A DNA stretch of 60,215 bases, from contig JASCQW010000119.1 of the NCBI GenBank assembly GCA_030264375.1, positions 6,909,961-6,970,175 of the forward strand, in the 5' to 3' direction. Numbering within the stretch: the stretch's first letter is position 1; each line of letters begins with the position of its first letter. Shown one piece after another: positions 49,307 to 60,215 of the stretch. Below the pieces are notes generated by a model, which saw nothing but the letters and a program-made list of their open reading frames with translations, was not told the DNA's origin and searched no databases. Source of the stretch: Carcharhinus longimanus. Lineage: Eukaryota. The translations under genes were made by a program, and so were the position numbers.

Positions 49307-52271
49307 CTTATTTCCTTCGTAAAGCTCTACCTAAGTTGTACACAATTCAGTGGTTCCCTCGAAAACAATGATAGTGGGTTACTTATACCAAAAGGAACAA
49401 TGGTTGTGTTGAAATTCAATTTTGTTTTTTTTGGGAAAAAAAATCTAAAACGTGACATATTTAATAATTTACTTGTCGTTTGGTCCATTGCACCCAAAGC
49501 TATAGAACAAAAAAGGCATTTCACTCAACAGAGTGAGTTTCACCCAATATAATGTTCCATTGCAAGGCTGCATGAGGTAAAATGAGTTTTACATTTCAAA
49601 ATCTGTCTTCCATGAAATATTGCGTATCACCTGTAATAGCAAAGTTGCATTCCGCTGCTGACTAAAATCTGATTTTAAAGCCAAAGAGTGACGCTTTGAA
49701 ATGCATTGTGACAACGCCGTTTAACATCTATAAACATGTAGAATCTCATGCCAGGAGAAGCAAAAGGAATATGTTTAGCATGTTTTGCTATTATTGCGAA
49801 ATTGAAGAGAGATAGTTTTGCAGGAGAATAGGAAAGTTATACTTCTGAGAGATAAAAACACATGCCGTCGTGGTCATAATTACCATTGCCAGTCTTTCCC
49901 ATTTCTTTTTCTGCATTAACAAATAGTAGTCGGTTACACTTTTGCTGACGAAAATCACAATTGCGTGTTTAATTAAGACAGGCTAACTTTCGCTATCTGG
50001 AACTGTCATTTTATCGATTGGGTTTGGTATCTCGGAAGATGAAAGCGTGTTTATCAATGTCACTTCTTAACCTTGGGGGCAAGAAGCCAAAATGCAGCAT
50101 ATTCAGGGCTTTATGAGGACTTCAAGCTAATGGATGATGTACAATCAAGTAGGAGGTGAAAGTGAATGTATTTATAGGNNNNNNNNNNNNNNNNNNNNNN
50201 NNNNNNNCCTATCTTCCTTGTGCCTGCAAATCCTTTTCTGCACCATTTGGTGCAGACATACTATTAAACCAAGCTGAAACTAATGGCGATCGGGAATGGC
50301 TGTCAAATAATGTAGATACGGGCTGCTTGAAATAACCATTTTCCCTCATGATAAAATTTAAGGAGCCCTCCGATTCAAAGCCCTCCCTAATGCTTCCAGT
50401 GGAAGTCGCATAATTCGGCTGTGGGTCATATTTCTATGCATTGCCATACCATCTGAGGGGAAATTCCTTCCTAACTGTACATATTGATGACGGAGTCTAT
50501 TCGAAACTTATGATGATCATTATTACAGACCCTGCCTGAGATTGTTTGAACACTTTCTTTTTCTGCATTCCAACCTCAGATATTTTGTGGATGTCTACTC
50601 TCATTTCCTTTTTATCTAGCATAGATAATTGTGGTTTGATTGATAAAATCATGCCCACCCCCATGGGCGTGGGCACAAATAGAGGTGTATTATTGTTGTT
50701 GTCACGTGAGAAAACATAACTGGATTTCCCAATGGCCGCCACAGCCTTTCAACTCCCGCGAGGCGATCTTTTATTTTGACAGGAAAATCAAAATCAATAG
50801 CTTGATACAATTCGGAGGCAGTAAGTTTAACCAGTTAGAAAGTGTCATGCTCACAGATTCCGAGGTAAGCAACAGCAAATTAACCAACGAGTTTGCAGTA
50901 TATTCTCAGCACACCAAATAGTGTCAACGCAGTGGATGTTTTAGCTCATATTTTCGTGGACCGTAATCCGATTCAAATTGGCTTGTGGCCTGCATGTTTC
51001 TAATTCTGTTCAGTCAAACAAAGCATATAGCATTCCCTGAATTATGGAATGCCAAATAGAAATAACAATCTGCGGGGCTGTACCTGCTGGTGGCCTTGGA
51101 TTAGAGTCCCCAAATTGAATATGTTATATGACAATTGCTGTATCCTATCGATTGGACTCGCGAACATGTTCGCATCTGTTCCCTCCATTAGAATATGATT
51201 TATGATGTCAGCAGTTCAAAACTACATGTAGTGTTCTCGAATTTCCAGCACTAACTTCCGGTGCAGAAGCAACACTTCGCCTAGATGACAAATACCGCAG
51301 GTATAATGAGACACCCGACTCTTGAAGCTCTGAGTAGGCAGCGTGCATATCATTGTCTAGAGCTGAACAATAGTTCAATTTATTGACATGTTGAAGTTAA
51401 ATCGTGGTACGGATTGCCGCGTTAAAGGTTTTCACTTCAACATTAAACATTTTGCATCCCCTGTTTTGGTCATTCGCACTGCACTTCATGCAGTAGATGC
51501 ATGAAATAGTTCATAGTATTGGCAGACGTTTTGACGTCTTTGAAACGACGATCAACAAGCACGCAATCGTTGTGGAAATAATATATATTTTTTAAACCTG
51601 TGCTAATTACGGTGCTTATGGTTTTTCTTACCCGGCTCTTCTTCTTTGAACTTGTTCCCTGCACGACAATTGTGAAAGGGCATAATGAACATTTATCCAA
51701 GAATAATGATGTCGAACGAACATAAATATTCAGAATGGTTGATAAATGGTCGTGGATGGTCTGCTGCTGGACAACTTGAACAACGTGCCTGAAGTCATCC
51801 TATATTCTATAGACGACAATTGCATACATTCAAATCAGTGATATAGACTACATCCCCCTACCACAAGATATCTAACGATGAACAAGGCTTATCCCAAGAA
51901 TGAATTTTCACGATGTTAACTATTTATCATTAATCTAGCAATTTTTAAAATCTGTTCTTACATTAAATAAAAACAGACATCTTATGTGGATCTCATGGAT
52001 AAAACGTATGCATTGAAGCATGAACAACAGAAAATTATGAAAGTGAAAGCTTGACAAACTTAAAGTCCACAGAACTAACAGTCATCTTCCACGTTCAGTG
52101 GTCATGGAAAATTAAGATTCTATTTTAACTACGATTGCTGTTCTATTACAGAAAATGTGTGGCAGCAAAATGTGGAAAAGAAACACGTCGCCCAGTATTC
52201 TTCAGCATAGCCAAGCAGCCAAGTTGAATTATTAAATTTCATTTCAATTATCTTGAACTTTAATGGCTCAA

Positions 52272-52570
52272 AATGAATTGAATTGATTCATTATTGTCAC
52301 ATCGAATGGGATACAGTGAGGAACATTATTCCATGCGTGTTTTTACAGACGAAGCATACTGCTAATAGGGTACATAGGGAGAAAGAAAGGATGAAGTGAA
52401 GAAAACAGTTTTGTAACTACTAATAGGTTGACGAGATAGGCCAGCTTAATGCGTGGCAAAAACATAATGGTGGCAGGGAAGAATCTATTCATGTGTCTCT
52501 TGATACGTGTTTCCATATATTCAGTCTTTTTACTCATCCTGACAGAAACGGCGGAAGAGAATATGGCTTC
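52272..52570 (-). mobile_element. Rex1/Babar-type LINE 3' end
   Basis: TTATTGTCAC tail; the minus frame HMNRFFPATI parallels 31490-31530. Confidence 0.75.
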
Positions 52571-53234
52571 AGTCATATATGATGCTTTTCATTTTATTTT
52601 CCGTATGAATCCAACCCTCCTTAATTTTCAAATCACAGACATATTTGTTGTGTTCCTTTACAGTATCGAACAGTATGATCGTTCCTTACGATGGAAAAGA
52701 GTTATTCAAACACAACTCCTTGACAGCATAATCTGCTGACATTCACGTCATCAAAATCGGAGGTGGCATGCTGCCGCCAGAAGACATAACGATTTCCCTA
52801 TAAATCAATCTTGGCAGTTAAAAAAAAAAGCGACTTCATCCACGTACTTGGCATGAACGATGAACTGAGCTTAAGTGTCGTCATTTGCGCAGTGCATTGT
52901 GTTTTATCTTTACAGGATTGGTCACAAACATACTTTGGTGTTGGCGAAATATTTGGTTCTCGTGCACGGAAGAAAGACCACTTTAAGGAAAGCAACAAAT
53001 CCATGAGGAGGTACGTTTTTGTTTAAACTAGCTATCGCAGTTTACCATATGAATAAAAGTTGTGTTGCCGCATAGTCCGAAAGCTCAGGGCTGTTATTGG
53101 CGAAGAATTGGCAGAAAACAGATATGGTTGACGACATACTTCATAGGTATATGGACAAGTGAGATTCATAGAGGGAGCTTGTAATTAAGAAATAATATTT
53201 TAAAATCGAGATACCTTGAAGCAGGTCAAAGTTG

Positions 53235-53570
53235 ATAGAATCATAGAACCCTACAGTGCAGAAAGAGGCCCTTCGGCCCATCGAGTCTGCACGGAACACG
53301 ATCCCACCCAGGCCCTACTCCCATTTCCCTACATATTATACCCACTAACCCCTCTAACCTATACAACACTGGATAATAAGGGGTAATTTCTTATCATGGC
53401 CAATCAACCTAACCCGCACATCTTTGGACTGTGGGAGGAAACCGGAGTACCCGGCGGAAACCCACGCAGAGACGAGGAGAATGTGCAAACTCCACAGACA
53501 GTGCCCCGAGCCGGGAATCAAACCCAGGACCCTGGAGCAGTGAAGACGCAGTGCTAACCCATGTGCTCCC
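53235..53570 (-). mobile_element. Young HE1/V-SINE-type SINE, near full length
   Basis: ATAGAATCATAGAACCCTACAGTGCAGAAAGAGGCCCTTCGGCCCATCGAGTCTGCAC tail, conserved central domain, and head GGGAATCAAACCCAGG. Confidence 0.95.
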
Positions 53571-53572
53571 CT

Positions 53573-53613
<41 letters not shown>

Positions 53614-54259
53614 CGGNNNNNNNNNNGATAACCAATGTGCTACCCGGCCCCCCCCCCCCCCCACCCCCAGTTATGACGGAAGGGAGGCGGTTTTTGCTGG
53701 GATGTACATTAACACACTGTGCAAAGGGATAGGTTGGACAACATTTCAATAGCGAAATACATTTGAATTGAGAACATATTTAACAACACGGATCCTTACT
53801 TGCATTCTTCAGTTCATCTTCTAGTCGTTGAATGTCTGAAACCGTGTATTTATATACGTCANNNNNNNNNNNNNNNNNNNNNNNNNNNNNNNNNNNNNTT
53901 ATTGCGTGGGACCACATAAGCAGAAAAATGTATGTATTCAATAAGAAAGAACATTCTTAAAACAAAAGAGACAGCTACCCTCACCATTAAGACACATTTC
54001 GGGAGACAAACTGAAAATCAGCTCGATTAGAATATCAGTGTAGTAGAGGAGGTACGAATGGTGGCATCTCACCTACAGCTGGGGCGTTGCTAATGGTTTG
54101 CTATAATTGTGCAATGCAAGTATCGAATTTAATTGTTCTCTTATTTGGTTTTATTCAGATGTGAATAATAAGAGAAACAAGTTTTCAAGAATATTTCGCA
54201 ATTTGCATCATAGGAGACCAATCTGGGATGCATAAATGCGATGCTGCGGACCCTTGGGG

Positions 54260-57080
54260 GTGGTGGGGAAGAGGCAATGCTTTAGAACTTCTTCGCGTCC
54301 GTTTCGCGGCGGGAGAAATAATGGTAAAATCGGGCATTATGCGACTAGCCGGAATGGTGTCGTTGTCTCACACATTTCCATCTTACCAGAGGAAAATAAA
54401 ACAACAGCGCGATTTATGCTCCGCCTAAAATAGGCAAAGCGTTTTTTTTTTAAATTCATCGCTATGTTTCAACGAGTTTCATTCGCAGTCACCGCTGGCT
54501 TCCTGTCATAAGTATCTCGTTCGATATCGATTGATTGGCCAGTAAAACAATTCAAATGCGAAAAATTGCATTCAGACGCCTGAGCAGTAGGAGTGAGTGA
54601 GGAGGTAACTCTGTGTTTTCACACTGCTCCTTGCTCCTCAGCGGGATGTTTATGTTGTCTTCCGGGTCGCTGGACGAAGCTCCCAGTGTCTACTTGAGAT
54701 TGATTGCTGCAGTTGGCTATGGGATCTGAAATCTGACTCTTAGATTGGAGCCGGTCAGACTGTTGACCTCAGGTCTTACCACTGATTCTTGGTCCCAGTG
54801 CTAGCAGCAACAACCAGAGTTGATCGTGGAGGATAGGCTGGAAACGCTCTGCACTGGCCGCACTGCCGGCTCATGATCTGAAAAGCAGCACTGAATGTGA
54901 CCACAAATGCATGGTTTCTGGCTGTGTGTTTGCAAGTGGGAGAGGGGGAAGATGAGATGAATGTGTTGCCAGTTTAGGGACTAATGGTTGGTGTGGTGAA
55001 TGTGTGCTGGGGGGAGGATGTGGGTTATGCAGCGTGAGTGCTGCTGGGGGCTTATGTGAGTATGGGGAGAATGTCTTGATTGGTTGCTTTGGGTCTTTGA
55101 AGAAGATGCCTTGCTGGGAAAATGTGAGGAAATGCCGAGGTGTGTTTGTTGCTTTCGGCAGAGGGGATGTATGCAGAGTGTGTGTTGCTGGGCTGGGGGC
55201 GAGCAGAGTCTTCTATCTTCTGCATTTGTCTCCCCCTTCCACAAATCACTCATTAGATAGATGTGATGTATTTTGAAGTGCAAACAACTGATCGTGTTGT
55301 TTTTCTGATGTTGCTGAACATGAGGCAGAGGGTGAGATGGGCGATTTGCGGGCAGGAGAGGCCAAGGCGTTATGGTTAGAAGGAAGAGCGGGAGACGGCT
55401 CCGGAGGAATGTCATCGCCGCCATTCGATCCGAATAGGCTGGGAAAGGAGGGAATGGGGATCCTGCCAATTATGCACCCAACTGACTTTTGAGCAACTGT
55501 CAGATATCATGTGTCACCGGGTGCTCCGTTTCCAACAGGCAACAGTGCAACATTGTACCATTTGTTGGTAATGGGCGCACCCATTCTCTTTGGCTGTGAA
55601 AGTGACAGCAACCTTAAGCTTTTTTTTATGCCACGGGGTCCTTCCATAACACCAGTGGAGAGCTTGGTGGATTTTCCCAATTTTCCGTCCACATGTGTGT
55701 GAATGACTTAAAGGATGCCTAAATGCTTGACTGCCAATATATTAAATTTGACCTTGATCTGACCCATCAGAATTTGTGGCCAACGTATGGATACAAATGT
55801 GCAAACGGGCAGTGACTGCACCCATACCACCATCAAGAATACAGTGCAGCATTCTGAAGGCTCCACGAAAAACGGCGCCAGTCAATCGGTGTTTTGCTGT
55901 TGTGCGACCGTCTACTGAATATCGTGCGCATCTGTGGCAGACACGGGAGCAAAAAAATGCATAACAGTTTCTGATGTGAAGCTCCGGTGTTCCGGTGATA
56001 TTTAAGAGGGAACCCAGTGTTCAATGATGGATCATTGGGTGCATGGTGTACCCAAATCGGATTTGGCTGATGATGCCGGTGTAGCGGCCTGATGCTGAGG
56101 CGGAGACATGATATAATGAGACACCCGTTTCCACCCATTGATTAATGGAGCGGTACATAGGGAGCGTCAAAATATTTTTCAGGTCTCTGGGCTGCAATTT
56201 GGTCCCTCCAATATAACCTGCTGATATTGTTCTTCATTGTATCCAGGTGCTATGCCCTACACAATGTGGCGATGGAGTCATGAAAACTCTGGGAGGTGGA
56301 GGGCATGAAGGCAGGCCAACGACAGGGTCATCAGAAGAAGGAGAAAACTGTCGAGGATGACGAGGAAGAGAAAGAAGAAGAAGCGGAGGAAGAGGAGGAT
56401 GAGGATGAAGCAATAACAAAGACGAGCAACACCACATAGGCACTGGAGAACTGGTGACAATAAGGCGTGTGAGCGCGGCGAGGAAAACAATTGACATCTT
56501 GCTGTGGCTTCCAGGGACGTGTGTTGCTGCACATGGGTTGACTTGTTTCCCCCCCTCTGTCTCCTTTGTGCTGTCCTACAATTTTCTGCAAAATTGTAAC
56601 AGCAGAGTGGTGGGCCTGTGTATGCGGCGTTAGTGAGTTTGTGTGGAATGCAGGTGGGTGATGACGACTCGCTATAAGCTATTGTGCCGTTGCTCCAGCG
56701 CAAACCTGTCCCTACACTTAACTGGGCTCCACACGCAAACTACTACGTGGGCGCACATCTGCATTGTGGGTAACAGGAAACTAAGCGACATGTAGCGTCC
56801 TGGAGAGGTTGGGGTTTGGAAGGCAACCTCTCGTGGGAGTTGTGCTGCCATGGCAGATGACATAAGTAACTGAAAAATGCATGCGATCTGCTTTCGACAG
56901 CGAATGAGTTGTGCATCTTGATTTTCACAGTAACAGTGCATTGTGGGACCTCCTTCATCAATGTGCAGGATCCTCCGGCTGGAAGTGTGGCTACCATGAT
57001 GGCGCCTTGGGTTGTAACAGGCTGACATAATGGGGTAACGAATATTAGATATGGAAGTGGGGTAAACAATGGATATCAGT
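54260..57080 (+). mobile_element. Harbinger/PIF DNA transposon remnant; transposase pseudogene at ~55440-56500
   Basis: VKVTATLSFF/YATGSF..SGELGGFSQFSVHMC, WLMMPV*RPDAEAET*YNE and CYALHNVA followed by an acidic tract, typical of HARBI1-like DDE transposases. Confidence 0.8.
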
Positions 57081-57657
57081 GTAATAACATTAATAACGCA
57101 CTTGAAGAAAAGAGATGATCAGCATTAATTACCTTCCACTTTTAGCAAATGCTGTGAACCTGATTATAAGTCCACATGGAATTGTGTACATTATAAGTTA
57201 GGAATAATGAAATGTAACTCGATTTATTTCCACAAAACAACTAATCAGTATTATTATTATTTTTTGTTGGTTTACGATTTGATCATTAAGAATTATAGAA
57301 TGAAGAGTGTTGCGAAATGCTAACGGTGAGAAAGAGCGGTGTTGATTCACAAAGGTTGGATCGCCGTTGTTCCTTGTAAATGTTGTATAATGTGTTTATT
57401 TACCATTTTGCAATTACAGTGAGGAAAGATGTGATGATTGAATCTATTGGACATAGCCTCATGAACTTTTCTGGCATTATCTTGTTGTCGAAAAGCCGGT
57501 CGTGGTGAAATCCTGTATGAAAGGACACCAATTGTGATAATTCGCACAGAGTTGTGGACTGAGAAGGTGGATTCACAAGTGCACAGTTACCAATTCACCC
57601 TCAATGCTAACGTGCTTTAGTTCGATCAAACAAAGCATGTCTATAGGGTTTTTTTTT

Positions 57658-57960
57658 TAAGTTCATTTATTACTGTCAACTTAGGCTTACATTCACAGTT
57701 CAATAAAATTACTGTGAAGTTCCCTTCCTCGCCACACTTCGGCGCCTGTTCGGTTAGACTGGGGGAGAATTTAGCACGCCAAATGAACATGGCCAACACG
57801 TCTTTCAGACTGTGGGAGGAAACCTGAGCACCCGGAAGAAACCCACGCAGTCACGGTGAGGATGTGCAATGTCCTCAAGACAGTGACCCACGCCACGAAT
57901 CGAAACCGGGGCACTGGAGCTGTGAGGCAGCAGTACTAACCATTGTGTCGCCCTGCTGCC
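57658..57960 (-). mobile_element. V-SINE-type SINE with a non-CR1 3' tail
   Basis: Same head and central domain as the HE1 copies; the tail reads ...TTCACAGTAATTTTATTG...AATGTAAGCCTAAGTTGACAGTAATAAAT. Confidence 0.85.
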
Positions 57961-59667
57961 TATTCACCTGTAATGCAAAGCTAATTGTGTGTTCATAATA
58001 TATGGACGAAAAAGCTAACCTCTATTGTGAGAACGCATATTGCACCGAAATCTACAACTACATTTTATGTATGTTTTGCTCTGCAGCCAAATTAAAACGA
58101 AAATTGCCTTCGTGCTCAAACGCGACAGGATAAATTCAAATTCCTATCTTATTAGCCATCATTAGGCAACATTTCAATTCTCATCCAAAATATTTTGCAT
58201 TGTCTTCAGCTCGAGGCGCCGTTAAATTACAAATTCCAGTGAGGGGTATACAAGTTAAATTATAAATTCCAGCCAGGAACATACAAGCGATGTTAGGTTG
58301 CACAAAGACAGGAGCATAACATGATATGCATGGAAAGAAATATTGAATTCTGCATTCGTCCATTTGTCGATTTCGGAGACAAAGCCAAATATCTGGGTAA
58401 AATTGTGAATGGGCAAAATGAAGAAAAAAAAATCCCATCAGACTGTTTGACCACCGCCTCCGCCCTCCCCCTCCACCCGCCCCGCCCCCAACCTTCTGTA
58501 TTCTTGTCTCACCACAAATTGAGAATTATAGATATCTACTAACGTATTCCACAACCAACATTCATTCATTGTCCCAATTTTATTGACCTTTTGTTGGCAC
58601 AGTCAAATTTCAAACTTCGTTATGTTTTTAATTGGTCCGAATCGGAAGCGCCACATCAGGGTATGGCCTCTACTGCATATATGACAGTAAAATGTACTTA
58701 TGCGACAGTCTCCATCTTTTATCATTTTGCTTCAACTGTTTCGCACCAGGGATATTTTAGCATAGGGGGAAAAAAAATCTGACATTCAGTGAACACGACA
58801 GGACATTCCGCAACGGAATCAAAGTGACAAGTGATGGTCAATACAGATATCGTATAACCGGGGCAAGAATTTCCAGCTCGAGTTGAGGGAAGACTAAGCA
58901 CCCGCCGGTCAGAATCTTTGTTGGTTTAGGAAATATATGCTTATTGACAAACTTTGTGGCAAACATGTATATTTAAAATTACCAGTTATGTTACAGAAAG
59001 ACATTGATTGTTATAAAAGCAAAAACAAGAAGCGCACGTTAGTATCTCTCATGACAGCAATGTCTCCGCAAGGTGGATTTTCCGCACGGAAAATAATGCA
59101 GGGTACTCACTGATGTTTTGAACAAGTGCGTTGCATTCATCTTTAAGTTTCAAACAAAATGTCAGATGAAACAAACATCAATGTGTCATTCATAAAACCC
59201 CATTACATATATATGCTGATGAACGGGAAGGTAATCAATTATGTCGTTGCTGTTTTTTTTCCAGTGAGAGGAGTTGTAAAATAGAGTCTGCTGTTTCTCC
59301 AGTCGAGGAGATCCGTTCAGCTGTACTGCTGTATCCTTCCACATATCCAGGGCATTAAACTGTAAATTTCTAAAATGTCAGCTTTTCTTCACGATTAATT
59401 TAATTCACTCCTCCATCTCTCTTGTAGTTGCGAACGCTGCTACCCAAAGGAAGACTGTTCATGCGTCTCAGATTCTTGTCATTCATTACGTTGATAACAC
59501 AGTGGTTTCTGAAAGTTTTCTTTGAGCTTTCGTTAACTCCAAATTGCATATCGCATTGCAATATTGGGCGGCATCCAAATCAGACATGTTCGTTTCAATA
59601 TGGACCTATTCATTCCGTTCCTGCACATGTCCGAACCTGTAGAAAAAACTGATCAGAGAAGAGACCT

Positions 59668-60215
59668 ACGGCCCTATTTTACCATTGCGTCCCGCCCGTT
59701 TTCTGGCTTGAAAAAGTGGTATATTTGGGCGTGAGGCCATTAATGTGATCCAAACCTCTGTCAGCGCAGATACATACTTTATCGAGGCCCGAAAATCGCC
59801 GGGATCTGATTCGCATCCAAAACGGACGCAACGGCGATTTAAATGCATTTGTACGCATTTAAATTGAATTAATGATTTGCCCACCCAACATCATCAGCAT
59901 TTCCACATTTACCATCGCGTTCACGTGTCCAGATTCGGCGCAAAACAGACACGTTCGGCAAAGGACTGTTTCGGCACTCCAATTTCGTGAGAAGTGCGGT
60001 CAGCACTTCGAATGTTTATCTGACTGAGATCTGTGGTGGAGGGAAGAGCGGAGGAGGAAGGAAGGAGGCGGGTCAGATCATTCTGTACGTGGGGCGGGGC
60101 GGGTGAAGGGACGCAAATCATTTTCTGGTGAGGGTAGGGGTTTGTTGGAAGCGGGTCAGATGTATCCCAGGTGAATGGGGGAGGGTGTAGGGACACTCGA
60201 TCGTTGTGTTGGGCG
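59668..60215. mobile_element. Probable Harbinger-related terminal/subterminal sequence
   Basis: ATTTTACCAT motifs (reverse complement of ATGGTAAAAT at ~54320), palindromic ATTTAAATGC...GCATTTAAAT core, CpG-rich. Confidence 0.45.

Larger units (their letters stand above)
47686..49330 (+). mobile_element. Probable Gypsy 5' LTR (~47686-48256) and gag N-terminal coiled-coil remnant
   Basis: TGTGAT start; purine-rich gag-like segment with KKIKNLNFRN / ELELQKLNIK frames at ~49060-49105. Confidence 0.45.

Noticed and set aside
53571-53670. Poly-G/poly-C tracts and Gly/Pro-rich ORFs
   Set aside because: Homopolymers flanking a gap, with a duplicated SINE end; the sequence is unreliable.
56234-57069. 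Several overlapping minus-strand ORFs
   Set aside because: Antisense frames of the Harbinger acidic tract and its 3' region.
59077-59094. Perfect palindrome ATTTTCCG-CA-CGGAAAAT
   Set aside because: An isolated 8-bp stem is expected by chance in 60 kb.
1-60215. Prokaryotic-type systems (CRISPR, operons, defence islands)
   Set aside because: The window is vertebrate repeat DNA with no gene-dense ORFs or repeat-spacer arrays.

Overview
This is eukaryotic, repeat-dominated DNA from a gapped draft assembly, and no intact protein-coding or RNA gene could be identified. The repeat repertoire points to a cartilaginous fish, most likely a shark: HE1/V-SINE-type tRNA-derived SINEs, HER1/CR1 LINEs, Rex1/Babar LINE ends, Penelope-like elements, Gypsy and GalEa-type Copia LTR elements, and a Harbinger transposon. 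Most of the window is nested, decayed mobile-element sequence, and nearly all listed ORFs are TE fragments or chance frames. The best-supported points of interest are: (i) a near-complete GalEa-type Copia element with two recognisable LTRs, inserted into a near full-length CR1; (ii) a Penelope element with an inverted terminal repeat and a degenerate minimal hammerhead-ribozyme motif; (iii) a Gypsy element with integrase upstream of RT (Gmr1-like); (iv) apparently weak CpG depletion across most of the window. Weaker points are a CpG-rich promoter-like segment with a strong splice donor and two chains of exon-like modules that may be decayed host genes. I could not establish a genuinely new biological system. 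TE family assignments come from recognising motifs by eye, not from a database search, and boundaries are approximate.
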